Assembly (NCBI GenBank): GCA_050012475.1
Contig: JBEKHC010000063.1
Location: 1-30,064, forward strand
Origin: Candidatus Velthaea sp.
Lineage (GTDB): Bacteria > Vulcanimicrobiota > Vulcanimicrobiia > Vulcanimicrobiales > Vulcanimicrobiaceae
Length of the DNA stretch: 30,064 bases
Reading direction: 5' to 3'
The position numbers were made by a program, and so were the translations under genes. The notes beneath the pieces were generated by a model. That model did not search any database and was not told where the DNA came from. It saw nothing but the letters and a program-made list of their open reading frames with translations. Below are positions 7,637 through 16,437 of the stretch, piece after piece (within the stretch, counting starts at the first letter, position 1; every line of letters starts with the position of its first letter).

Positions 7637-8962
7637 ATGGAACATGTCATCGCGGCGCGAGCCCAAATGGGGACGTCGCTCGCCTTCCACATCGTCTTCG
7701 CGGCGTTAGGCGTCGGCCTGCCGCTGCTGGTCTTCGCCGCCGAAGGGCTGTGGCTGCGCACGCACGACCGCGCCTACTACGAGCTGGCCCGCGCGTGGAC
7801 CAAGGGGATGGCGATCCTGTTCGCCGTCGGCGCGGTCTCGGGGACGATCCTTTCGTTTGAGCTGGGCTTGCTCTGGCCCGAGTTCATGAAGCACGCGGGC
7901 GGGATCATCGGCTTGCCGTTCTCGCTCGAAGGATTCGCGTTCTTCATCGAAGCGATCTTCATCGGCCTGTATCTCTACGGCTGGGAGAAGCTTTCGCCGC
8001 GCGTGCATTGGCTCTGCGCGCTGCCGATCGTCGTCAGCGGGCCGCTGTCGGCCGCGTTCATCACGATGGCCAATGCGTGGATGCAGATGCCGACCGGATT
8101 CCGACTCGTCAACGGCCGGCCCGTTGACGTGCAGCCGCTCGCCGCGATGTTCGCCAAACCGTGGGCGACCGAAGTCGTGCACGGCACGCTCGCGGCGTAC
8201 GTCTTTACCGGTTTCGCCGTCGCCGGCGTGTGCGCCGTCGCTTGGCTGCGCGGCGACCGGCGCGCGCAAGTCGCCAAAGGCATGACCGTCGCGCTGACGC
8301 TGGCAACGGTCGCGCTGCCGGTGCAGATGGTCGCCGGCGATATCGCCGCGCGGTTCGTCGCCCGCAACGAGCCGGCGAAGTTTGCCGCGATGGAAGCGGT
8401 CTACCAAACCCGCGGCCACGCGCCGATCACCATCGGCGGCATTCCGAGCGGCGAGCGTATCGCCGGCGCGATCGAGATTCCCGAACTGCTGAGCATTTTG
8501 GTCGGCTCGGATCCCAAAACGGTCATCACCGGTTTCGACCGTGTCCGCCCCGACGACCGGCCGCCGATCGCCGCCACGCATCTGTCGTTCGATACGATGG
8601 TCGGCTCGGCGTCGCTGCTGACGCTCATCGTCGTGGGCTGGCTGATTGCGCTCGCGCGACGGCGGCCGCTGACGCGCCTGCTGGGCGCGGGGATCGCCTT
8701 ATGCGCGCCGTTAGCGCTCATTGCGCTCGAGGCCGGCTGGTTCGTCACCGAGTTCGGCCGTCAGCCCTGGATCGCTCGCGGATTGCTGCGCACCAGCGAC
8801 GCGGTGACGATCGCGCCGGGCGTCGAGTTGCAATTTTATGGCTTCTCGGTGGTCTACGTGGTGCTCGCCGCGATGTCGTGGTGGCTGCTGCGCCGCGTCG
8901 ACCGGCACAACGCGCGCGGGCGGCGGGAACACGCGCCGCGGCGGGTCTCCGCCGTCTCGTGA
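7637..8962 (+). CDS. cydA: Cytochrome bd ubiquinol oxidase subunit I (short Q-loop)
   Basis: 441 aa; FHIVF, FAVGAVSGT, EGFAFFIEAIF, NAWMQMP, heme ligands VVH and DTM, PAKFAAME, TEFGRQPW. Confidence 0.96.
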   Translation: MEHVIAARAQMGTSLAFHIVFAALGVGLPLLVFAAEGLWLRTHDRAYYELARAWTKGMAILFAVGAVSGTILSFELGLLWPEFMKHAGGIIGLPFSLEGFAFFIEAIFIGLYLYGWEKLSPRVHWLCALPIVVSGPLSAAFITMANAWMQMPTGFRLVNGRPVDVQPLAAMFAKPWATEVVHGTLAAYVFTGFAVAGVCAVAWLRGDRRAQVAKGMTVALTLATVALPVQMVAGDIAARFVARNEPAKFAAMEAVYQTRGHAPITIGGIPSGERIAGAIEIPELLSILVGSDPKTVITGFDRVRPDDRPPIAATHLSFDTMVGSASLLTLIVVGWLIALARRRPLTRLLGAGIALCAPLALIALEAGWFVTEFGRQPWIARGLLRTSDAVTIAPGVELQFYGFSVVYVVLAAMSWWLLRRVDRHNARGRREHAPRRVSAVS

Positions 8963-9948
8963 CGGGCGTAACCCCCGTCGCGCTCGCCGCGCTGGTCGGC
9001 TTGGCCGCGTTGGTCTTGTACGCCGTATTCGGCGGGGCGGATTTCGGCGGCGGCGTGTGGGATTTGCTGGCCCGTGGTCCGCGCGCGAACGCGCAGCGCG
9101 AGGCGATCAGCCGCGCGATCGGCCCGGTTTGGGAATCGAATCACGTCTGGCTGATCTTTGCCGTCGTGACTCTGTTTACGTGTTTTCCGCCGGCTTTCGC
9201 CGATATCGCGACGGGCCTCAATGCTCCGCTCTGCTTTGCGCTGGTGGGCATCGTCATGCGCGGTTCGGCGTTCGTGTTTCGCAATTACGCGGGCGAATCG
9301 CCGGCGCTCGTGAGTGCGTGGGCCGCGACGTTCGGCATCGCGTCGCTCATAACGCCGTTCTGGTTCGGCGATGCCATCGGTGCGCTCGCGACGGGACGCT
9401 ATGCGTGGCTTTCACCGTTCGCGTTGTCGACCGGCGTCTTTGCGATCGCGGTGTGCGCGCAAATCGCGGCGATCTTTCTGGTGCGCGAAGTCGACGATCC
9501 GGCGTTGCGCGAGGATTTTCGCCGGCGCGGGATTCTCGCGACGCTCGCGGTGTGGATCGCCGGACTGCTGCCGGCGATCATCGCCTTCGTCACCGAGCCC
9601 GGGCTGTTCCGTGCGTTTCTCGCACCCGCAGCGCTGGCGGCGATGGGCGCAGCAATCGTGCTGGGCTTCATCGTGATGGCGACGCTGGCCGCGCGCAACT
9701 CGCTGGGCGCGCGACTCGCCGTTGGCTGCGAGGCGCTCGCGATTCTCGTCGGCTGGTTCGGAGCGCAGGCGCCGAACCTCATCCCCGGGCGCTATACGTA
9801 CGTCCAAGCCGCCTCGAGCGATGCGATGCTCGTCGCCTTTCTCATCGCCGCGTCGATCGGCGGCGTTCTGCTCGTCCCGTCGCTGCTGCTCTTGTTCGCG
9901 GTATTCAAAGGCCCGCGCCACCTGCGCGGCGCCGGGCACTCGCCCTAA
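8959..9948 (+). CDS. cydB: Cytochrome bd ubiquinol oxidase subunit II
   Basis: GTG overlapping the cydA stop (GTGA); GGADFGGG, IGPVWESNHVWLIF, MRGSAFVFR; 329 aa, polytopic. Confidence 0.94.
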   Translation: MTGVTPVALAALVGLAALVLYAVFGGADFGGGVWDLLARGPRANAQREAISRAIGPVWESNHVWLIFAVVTLFTCFPPAFADIATGLNAPLCFALVGIVMRGSAFVFRNYAGESPALVSAWAATFGIASLITPFWFGDAIGALATGRYAWLSPFALSTGVFAIAVCAQIAAIFLVREVDDPALREDFRRRGILATLAVWIAGLLPAIIAFVTEPGLFRAFLAPAALAAMGAAIVLGFIVMATLAARNSLGARLAVGCEALAILVGWFGAQAPNLIPGRYTYVQAASSDAMLVAFLIAASIGGVLLVPSLLLLFAVFKGPRHLRGAGHSP

Positions 9949-9984
9949 CGTTACCGGCTGCGGGGTCGGGAACAGTACCGGGGA

Positions 9985-10013
9985 TTTACATTCTGCAAGC
10001 GATACGGTATGCT
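9985..10013 (+). promoter_or_regulatory. sigma70-type promoter of the TA operon
   Basis: TTTACA (9985-9990)-N17-TATGCT (10008-10013). Confidence 0.7.
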
Positions 10014-10020
10014 GCCTTCT

Positions 10021-10041
10021 GGCACATACATTGTACGTGCC
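10021..10041. promoter_or_regulatory. Palindromic operator, likely TA autorepression site
   Basis: GGCACATACA-T-TGTACGTGCC, 9/10 inverted repeat between the -10 element and the RBS. Confidence 0.7.
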
Positions 10042-10059
10042 GAATACCGGGGAGACATT

Positions 10060-10374
10060 TTGGCGACCACAGGCCGAAAACGTACCGCGAGATCGCGCAA
10101 ACCCGCGAAGACCACCAACATCACGTTTCGTCTCACGCCCGAACAGAAGGCTCTGCTCGAAGAAGCGAGGGTCTTGTCCGGTGCTCCGGACCTGACGTCT
10201 TTTGTTATGGTCCCTGCATTGGATCGAGCCCGCGAACTAGCCGAGCGTGAGTCGTCGACCATCCTCAATGCGCAAAGCCGCGAACTTTTTATCGAGTTGA
10301 TGCAACGTCCACCGGCCCCGTCTGAGCGGCTTCTACAAAACCTCCGCGTGAACGGTCACGAGATCGTAACCTAG
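10060..10374 (+). CDS. Type II antitoxin, DUF1778/TacA family (ribbon-helix-helix)
   Basis: TTG start with GGAG RBS; ITFRLTPEQKALLEEAR...LTSFV...A...A...L...F...PPAPSERL pattern; 104 aa; directly upstream of a GNAT gene. Confidence 0.9.
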   Translation: MATTGRKRTARSRKPAKTTNITFRLTPEQKALLEEARVLSGAPDLTSFVMVPALDRARELAERESSTILNAQSRELFIELMQRPPAPSERLLQNLRVNGHEIVT

Positions 10375-10375
10375 G

Positions 10376-10909
10376 TTGCGGATCCGTTTCGAGCCGCTCG
10401 GTCGAAATCACGACAGAGCGGCTTTTTCGTGCGGAAAATATGCAATCGACAGTTTTTTGTACACGATCGCTCTGCAGCGACAGCGGAAAGGCATTGCCAG
10501 CACGATGGTGGCGATCGATGCGGACGGTGATCCGAACCGTATCGTCGGCTTCTCCTGCGTCATCCAACACGTATTTCGCGGCGATGAGCTTCCCGATCCG
10601 TGGCGAGAATCGACAAGGGTCGGCTCGCTACGGAGCGTTCCCGGAGTACTCCTTGCCCAGCTCGGCGTGGACGAAAAGTTTGCCCGGCAGGGCATCGGCA
10701 AACTTCTCGTTCGCGAGGTCTTTCGCCGAGCCGTCGCTCTGGTTCGCGCTGTCGGGTGCGCTGCTATCGTGGCCGACCCGATCGATTCGGTCGCCGCTGC
10801 GTTCTACGCCGGGTTTGATTTCCAACCGTTGGGCGACGGCACTGCTCGGATGATCGTCGCGATGAAAACCATCGTTGCGGCGCTCGCCGATGCGCGCGCG
10901 GGAACGTAG
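10376..10909 (+). CDS. Type II toxin, GNAT acetyltransferase (TacT/AtaT family)
   Basis: 177 aa; HDRAAFSCG...IDSFL, PGVLLAQLGVD, RQGIGKLL acetyl-CoA loop, AAFYAGFDF. Confidence 0.9.
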   Translation: MRIRFEPLGRNHDRAAFSCGKYAIDSFLYTIALQRQRKGIASTMVAIDADGDPNRIVGFSCVIQHVFRGDELPDPWRESTRVGSLRSVPGVLLAQLGVDEKFARQGIGKLLVREVFRRAVALVRAVGCAAIVADPIDSVAAAFYAGFDFQPLGDGTARMIVAMKTIVAALADARAGT

Positions 10910-10993
10910 CCGGCGGCAGCGTCGCACGGGGGCGGCACCGAAGCGTGTTGCCGATCGTCCGCGGCCGACGCGGCGGTCGGAAAGTGATGGCTC

Positions 10994-12148
10994 ATGCCCC
11001 AATCGCCGCTCGCCGGAATCCGGGTGCTCGAACTCGGCAGCACGGTGGCCGGGCCCGCCGCGGGGCGGCTGCTCGCCGACCTCGGCGCCGACGTCTACAA
11101 AGTCGAGCCGCCCGAAGGCGACCAACTGCGCACCTGGGGCGAACTCGCCCCCGACGGCACCTCGTGGTGGTTCAAATCGCACAACCGCAACAAGCAGCTG
11201 CTGACCTTCGATCTGCACGAGGCCGACGACATCGATTTGGTCCGGCGGATCGCGCTGCAGTGCGACGTCGTGCTCGAAAGCTTTCGCCCCGGCTGGCTCG
11301 ACGAGCGCGGTCTGGGGCCGAACGCCTTACGCGCGCTCAAGCCTGAGCTGATCGTCGCCTCGATCAGCGGCTACGGACAAACCGGGCCCTACGCGGCACG
11401 CCCGGGGTACGGCAACATCGCCGAGGCGATGGGCGGTTTGCGCGCGATCTCCGGTGAGGCGGACGGTCCGCCGATGCGCATGGGGATCAGCATCGGCGAT
11501 GAACTGGCCGGACTCTACACGGTCATCGGCGTGCTCGCAGCGCTTGCCGCTCGCGCCCGCGACGGCCGGGGCGAAGCCGTCGACGTCGCGCTCACCGAAA
11601 GCAGCTTCAGCCTGCTGGAAGCGGTCCTGCCGGAATATGCGGCAACCGGCAAAGTCACCGTTCGAACCGGCAACCGCTACGTGCGCGCCGCGCCCAACAG
11701 CGTCTACCCGACGCGCGACGGCGAGTGGCTGGCAATCGGTGCAAACGGTCAAGCGATCTTCCGGCGCTTCGCGACGCTCATCGGCCGGCCCGAACTCGCC
11801 GGCGATCCGCGCTTCGCCACCAATCAGGCGCGCATCGCCAATAGTGCCGAACTCGACGCGATCATCGAAAACTGGACCCGCTCGTGCGATCGCGGGGAAG
11901 CGAACGAAGCGCTCGCGGCCGCCGGCGTGCCGGCCGGACCGGTGATGTCGATCGCCGATATCGCCGCCGATCCGCAATTTATCGCCCGAGGCGCCATCGG
12001 GCAGATTCCGGACGATGCCGGAAACGTGGTCCAAACGTACGTACCGGTGCCGCGGCTGACCGAGCATCCTGCCCGGCTCGACCATGCCGCCGGCAAGATC
12101 GGGCGCGATCAACGACGCGCGCTGCTGGAATTCGGCCTCGAGCCTTGA
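10994..12148 (+). CDS. Class III CoA-transferase (CaiB/BaiF family)
   Basis: 384 aa; PLAGIRVLEL, AGPAAGRLLADLGADVYKVEPPEGD, NRNK, ESFRPG, SISGYGQTGPY, catalytic Asp in SIGD. Confidence 0.95.
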   Translation: MPQSPLAGIRVLELGSTVAGPAAGRLLADLGADVYKVEPPEGDQLRTWGELAPDGTSWWFKSHNRNKQLLTFDLHEADDIDLVRRIALQCDVVLESFRPGWLDERGLGPNALRALKPELIVASISGYGQTGPYAARPGYGNIAEAMGGLRAISGEADGPPMRMGISIGDELAGLYTVIGVLAALAARARDGRGEAVDVALTESSFSLLEAVLPEYAATGKVTVRTGNRYVRAAPNSVYPTRDGEWLAIGANGQAIFRRFATLIGRPELAGDPRFATNQARIANSAELDAIIENWTRSCDRGEANEALAAAGVPAGPVMSIADIAADPQFIARGAIGQIPDDAGNVVQTYVPVPRLTEHPARLDHAAGKIGRDQRRALLEFGLEP

Positions 12149-12246
12149 CTCGAAGTACCTTCGAACGCAACGCACGCCAGATACCGGGCCGGCAGCGGAC
12201 GCTTGCGCCGCGGTGACGTACCGGCAGCCGGCCGAATCGCGCGCGC

Positions 12247-13140
12247 TTAGAGGCGCGCGATCGTCCCACGCGCGAATTCCACGACGCTGCCGCCGACTTC
12301 GATGCCGTCTTGCCCGTGCTCGCCGTGAACGGCAATGTGCAGCAAGCTGCGCCGGCCCATCTTCGTGCCTTGCTCGCTGACCAGCAGCGTGCCGTCACGT
12401 GCAGGCGCGAGGCCATGACGCATCATGTACGCGGCCAGCGGTCCGGTCGCGCTTCCTGTCGCCGGATCTTCGATGACGCCGTGCTCCGGTGCGAACATCC
12501 GCGAATAGGCGCCGCCGGCGGTCGGCGCAAACACGAACACACCGTGGTCGCTGACGCTGCCGTCGTGGAGTGCGCGCACACCGGCAAGATCGAGCTGCGC
12601 GCGGTCGACCGCCGCCGGATCGCGCACGGCGACGAAGATGTTCGGATTTCCGGCAGACACGAGCTGCGGCGGCGGCCCGAGCAAATCATCGGCCGCGATT
12701 CCCAGCACGCGCGCGCACAAGCCCGCGTCGAAAACGGGCCCGAATTCGATCGGCGGCGTCGTCAGCCACAGTTTGAGCGGGCTGCTGCTGCGGTCGACGC
12801 GAATCGAAACGTCGCCGACGAGTTCTTCGACCGCGAAACGCTCGCAGCCGTCCGGCACCAGGCCGAGCCAAAGAAGCACCGCACAGCCGCCGATGGTCGG
12901 ATGTCCGGCGAAGCGCATCTCTCTTGCCGGCGTAAAAATACGCAGCCGGGCGACGTTGCCCGAGCGTTCCGCGGGCAGCACAAAAACCGTTTCGGACAGA
13001 TTGAACTCGCGGGCGACGCGCTGCATGGTTTCGCCGTCGAGCCCGCGCGCATCCGGAAGGACCGCTAACGGATTTCCCTCCAGCGGTGCCGTCGTGAACA
13101 CATCCACGACGCGGAACGCGACGCCCGGCGAGTCGGTCAT
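12247..13140 (-). CDS. PhzF-family isomerase
   Basis: 297 aa; VDVFT...GNPLAV, NLSETVF, RIFTP..EMRFAGHPTIG, EDPATGSA, EQG..MGR. Confidence 0.95.
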   Translation of the reverse strand: MTDSPGVAFRVVDVFTTAPLEGNPLAVLPDARGLDGETMQRVAREFNLSETVFVLPAERSGNVARLRIFTPAREMRFAGHPTIGGCAVLLWLGLVPDGCERFAVEELVGDVSIRVDRSSSPLKLWLTTPPIEFGPVFDAGLCARVLGIAADDLLGPPPQLVSAGNPNIFVAVRDPAAVDRAQLDLAGVRALHDGSVSDHGVFVFAPTAGGAYSRMFAPEHGVIEDPATGSATGPLAAYMMRHGLAPARDGTLLVSEQGTKMGRRSLLHIAVHGEHGQDGIEVGGSVVEFARGTIARL

Positions 13141-13143
13141 CGC

Positions 13144-16100
13144 TTACTCGGGGTCGGCGAACAGCATCTCGAGATCGTCGCGCGTGAGCGCCTTTGCGAC
13201 CGCGCTGTCGGCTTTGATCACCGCTTTCGAGAGCGCGTTTTTGCGTTCGGCCAGCGCGCGGATTTTTTCTTCCACCGAGCCCACGGTGACCATGCGGTAG
13301 GCGGTGACCGGACGCGTTTGTCCGATGCGGTGCGTCCGGTCGATGGCTTGACGCTCGACGGCCGGATTCCACCACGGATCGTAAAGGATGACATAATCCG
13401 CCGCGGTGAGCGTGAGCCCCACGCCGCCTGCTTTGAGCGAACACAAGAACACCGGCGGACCGTCGGCCCGCATGAAGCGCTCGACTTCGGCCTGCCGGTC
13501 GCGATCTTTGGTCGCGCCGTCGAGGTAGCCGAACACGACGTTGCGCTTGTCGAGCGCCGCGCGCATGATCTTGAGCATCGAGGCAAATGCGCTAAAGACC
13601 AGCACGCGGTGGCCGCCCGACAAAACTTCCTCGACCGTCTCGAGGAACGCGTCGAACTTGCCGCTGGCTTCGGACTCGTCGATGTACGACGGCACGATGA
13701 GTCCGGGATGCGCGCACACCTGACGCAAGCGCGTCAGGGCCGCCAGCACGTGCACGCTCGCGCCTTCGATGGCGCCTTCTTCGTCGAGTTTGGCCAGCAC
13801 GTCGCGCCGGGCGGCCTCGGCGATGCCGCGATAGAGCCTGCGCTGCAGCGGCGAGAGTTCGCACTCGATGACGGCTTCGGTTCGCTCGGGCAGCTCGCGC
13901 GCAACGTCTTCTTTGGTGCGCCGCAGAACGAACGGTTCCAACCGCGAGCGCAGCGCATGCGCGGCCTTCTCGTCGCCTTCGCCGATCGGATTCTCGAACC
14001 GGCGCCGGAACGACGACTCCGTGCCCAGCAAGCCCGGTTCGACGAACGCGAAGATCGCCCAGAGGTCGCGCAGCGAGTTCTCGACCGGCGTACCGGTGAG
14101 CGCCAAGCGGTGGTCGGCGTTGAGGTTGCGCACGACCTTGGCGATTTGCGAACTGGGGTTCTTGGCGTTCTGGGCTTCGTCGAGGATCAGCGTGCGAAAC
14201 GTGAAACGCTCGAGCTGCGCCGCATCGAGCCGCGCGAGCGCATACGAGGTAATGACGACGTCGTGATTTTCGATCTCCTCAAAGCGCGCGGCGCGCTCGG
14301 ACCCCGACTGCAGCCGCAGGATCGTCAGCTCGGGGGCAAACCGCTTGATCTCGCTCTCCCACGTGTGGGTCACCGATGTCGGCGCGATCACCAGCGACGC
14401 GGCCGGCCCTTCGTCGTGCTTGCGCTTGAGCAGATAGGTGACGACTTGCAGCGTCTTGCCTAAGCCCATCTCATCGGCTAAGATCCCGCCGAACTGAAAC
14501 GAACTCAAATACGACAAGAAATCGAGGCCGCGGCGCTGATAGCCGCGCAGCGTGTCTTTGAGCGCTTCGGGCGGCTCGACTTCCTCGATGCCGGTGAAAT
14601 CGCGCAAGCGGTCGCGCAGCCGCTCGACTTCCGCCGGCAGCGTGACGTTGGCGAAGCTTTCGTGCAGCTCATCGCGCAGCGCGACGAGTGCGGCCAGACC
14701 GTTGCGCTTGCGGTCGGTGATGTCGGAGAGTAAATTGCCTTGGCTGCGCAGCTTTGCGACGTCGAAGAGCTTGCCGCGCACCTCGGCATACCGTCCGCTC
14801 GAGGCCAACAGCGCCGCGAGCTCTTTGGGGGTGAGCGGTTCGCCGCCGCCGACAAAGACGTCGACGTTGAGCTCGAACCAATCGTGGCTCTCGCCCTCGA
14901 CCGTCGAGGGCCGCGCCGAGACCGCGATGTCGATCGCGTCGTCGGTGCCGGTCAGCGCGCTGAGGCTTTCGTCGAGCCGCACTTCGACGTCGTCCCATGC
15001 CGGCAGCACGTCGCGCACGAGAATCGCGGCGCGTTCGGCGTCGTGCAGGGCGAACCCGTCGCCGCCGCGCGGAACGAAACCCGCTTCGACGAAACGCTTC
15101 GCGTACGCACTCGCGGTCGCGGGCGCGAAACGAATGAATCGGCCGTCGGTCGAGGCGATGCCGCCGTGCGTCGAAAACGGCGCGCGTCCCCCGGTGTCGC
15201 GATCGACAAACGCCAGCCGCGCGAAAAGCGCGCCGTCGCGCCAGGTCATCCGCGCGGCGAGCGCCGGCGCGCCGGCGTCGACGACGCCGAGCGCGGCCCG
15301 ATCGTCGGCGGTCAGAAATGCCGCGACGCGAGCGATCGACGCGGTCGACGGCGCATGGTGAACGACGCCGTTCTCGGGCGGAATCGCTTCGGCTGCGGCG
15401 ATCGCGCGCCGCGCGTCGAACGAGTTGTCGAGCAAGTACGCGACGCGGTCGGCGATGAGCCAGCGCGGCGGCCCGTCGAGCACCAGCGCTTTCGCCGGCG
15501 AGAAGCGCGACCCGTCGCTGCGCTCGAGCATCGGCACGAACCCGTCGCTGTGGCGCGCGGCGCGCAAACGCACGCCGCGCAGGTCGATCGAAAACGACTG
15601 CAGCTCGGCGGGATGCCGGTTCTCACCCGGCCGGTCGTCGAAGCGCAATCGCGGATGACGCGTCAGACGGAACATCGCGCGCGCGAGCACCTTAGGTGAT
15701 AGCCGCGATCCGAACGCTTCTTGTACCGCTTCGTCGCGAATGAGTTCGCGGTCGGCGTCGTCCCAGTCGTCGGGCGGCGTCGACTCCATCATCGAAAGAA
15801 TCGACTCGGCGTCGCGAATCACGCCGCGCAAGCGCGGCGTATCCAAGTACAACGCGCCGGTAACGGTCTTCCCGTCAGCGCTCCCGAGCACGGGCCAAAC
15901 ACTGCGCGCGCGCGGCCGTCCCGACTCGGCCGCGGGATCGGGCAACCACGAATAATCCTCGCCGTTATCGGGCATCCCGCCGGCAATCGCCGGCACGGGC
16001 GCGGAACTCGTCGTGCGCACGGTTTCCAGCGTCGCCACGACGTGCTCGCAGACGCCGGTCAAACCGCACGTGCAGAGGCAGCGCAGGGCTTGCGGGCCGG

Positions 16101-16296
16101 TTCCGGCGGCCCACTCGACGGTGACGTTGACGCCGCCGCGATCTTTGACCGCCGCTTCGATCTTGGCATCTTCGACCGCGCGCAGTGCGACGCGGTTTGC
16201 GTCGACCAGCGCCAGCGCGGCACGCGTCAGATCGCGCGCGAACCAATTACCGATTTGTGCCGGAAGACGCGACCGCCAAGTAGCAAACGGCGTCAC
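13144..16296 (-). CDS. SNF2-family helicase/ATPase with N-terminal SWIM zinc finger
   Basis: CTC..CEH SWIM motif; GILADEMGLGKT, DEAQ, LTGTPVEN, LRRTK, SLKAGGVGLTL, DPWWNP, QAIDRTHRIGQ. Start uncertain: GTG 16296 chosen, ORF open to 16380. Confidence 0.92.
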   Translation of the reverse strand: MTPFATWRSRLPAQIGNWFARDLTRAALALVDANRVALRAVEDAKIEAAVKDRGGVNVTVEWAAGTGPQALRCLCTCGLTGVCEHVVATLETVRTTSSAPVPAIAGGMPDNGEDYSWLPDPAAESGRPRARSVWPVLGSADGKTVTGALYLDTPRLRGVIRDAESILSMMESTPPDDWDDADRELIRDEAVQEAFGSRLSPKVLARAMFRLTRHPRLRFDDRPGENRHPAELQSFSIDLRGVRLRAARHSDGFVPMLERSDGSRFSPAKALVLDGPPRWLIADRVAYLLDNSFDARRAIAAAEAIPPENGVVHHAPSTASIARVAAFLTADDRAALGVVDAGAPALAARMTWRDGALFARLAFVDRDTGGRAPFSTHGGIASTDGRFIRFAPATASAYAKRFVEAGFVPRGGDGFALHDAERAAILVRDVLPAWDDVEVRLDESLSALTGTDDAIDIAVSARPSTVEGESHDWFELNVDVFVGGGEPLTPKELAALLASSGRYAEVRGKLFDVAKLRSQGNLLSDITDRKRNGLAALVALRDELHESFANVTLPAEVERLRDRLRDFTGIEEVEPPEALKDTLRGYQRRGLDFLSYLSSFQFGGILADEMGLGKTLQVVTYLLKRKHDEGPAASLVIAPTSVTHTWESEIKRFAPELTILRLQSGSERAARFEEIENHDVVITSYALARLDAAQLERFTFRTLILDEAQNAKNPSSQIAKVVRNLNADHRLALTGTPVENSLRDLWAIFAFVEPGLLGTESSFRRRFENPIGEGDEKAAHALRSRLEPFVLRRTKEDVARELPERTEAVIECELSPLQRRLYRGIAEAARRDVLAKLDEEGAIEGASVHVLAALTRLRQVCAHPGLIVPSYIDESEASGKFDAFLETVEEVLSGGHRVLVFSAFASMLKIMRAALDKRNVVFGYLDGATKDRDRQAEVERFMRADGPPVFLCSLKAGGVGLTLTAADYVILYDPWWNPAVERQAIDRTHRIGQTRPVTAYRMVTVGSVEEKIRALAERKNALSKAVIKADSAVAKALTRDDLEMLFADPE

Positions 16297-16385
16297 GTTA
16301 CGATTTGCGACACAAGGCCGAGGTCGCCGGACAGAACCACATCCAGACCTACTTCGGCAAACCGCACCGAAAAACTTCACCGATG

Positions 16386-16420
16386 AAAACGACCCGCCGG
16401 CGGTGTGACGGCGGGTCGTT
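16386..16420 (-). terminator. Intrinsic terminator after clpC
   Basis: 12-bp perfect inverted repeat AACGACCCGCCG/CGGCGGGTCGTT with a 9-nt loop, ending in a short T run on the minus strand, 17 bp after the clpC stop. Confidence 0.75.
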
Positions 16421-16437
16421 GGCTTTACCGATTCATA

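Noticed and set aside
6454..7860. 468-aa plus-strand ORF
   Set aside because: Antisense shadow of the WYL gene with no recognisable motifs; typical of high-GC DNA.
8161..8958. Extension making CydB 595 aa
   Set aside because: Arg-rich alternative frame inside cydA; cydB starts at GTG 8959.
10009..10059. Longer antitoxin start at 10009
   Set aside because: The ATG lies within the predicted -10 box and has no RBS; TTG 10060 has GGAG.
12247..13140. Phenazine biosynthesis cluster
   Set aside because: Lone PhzF-family gene; no phzA/B, D, E or G nearby.
13144..16296. Anti-phage system (DISARM/BREX/Zorya-type) built from SNF2, WYL and the TA pair
   Set aside because: No methylase, nuclease or PglZ; the genes are separated by metabolic genes and SNF2 sits beside housekeeping clpC.
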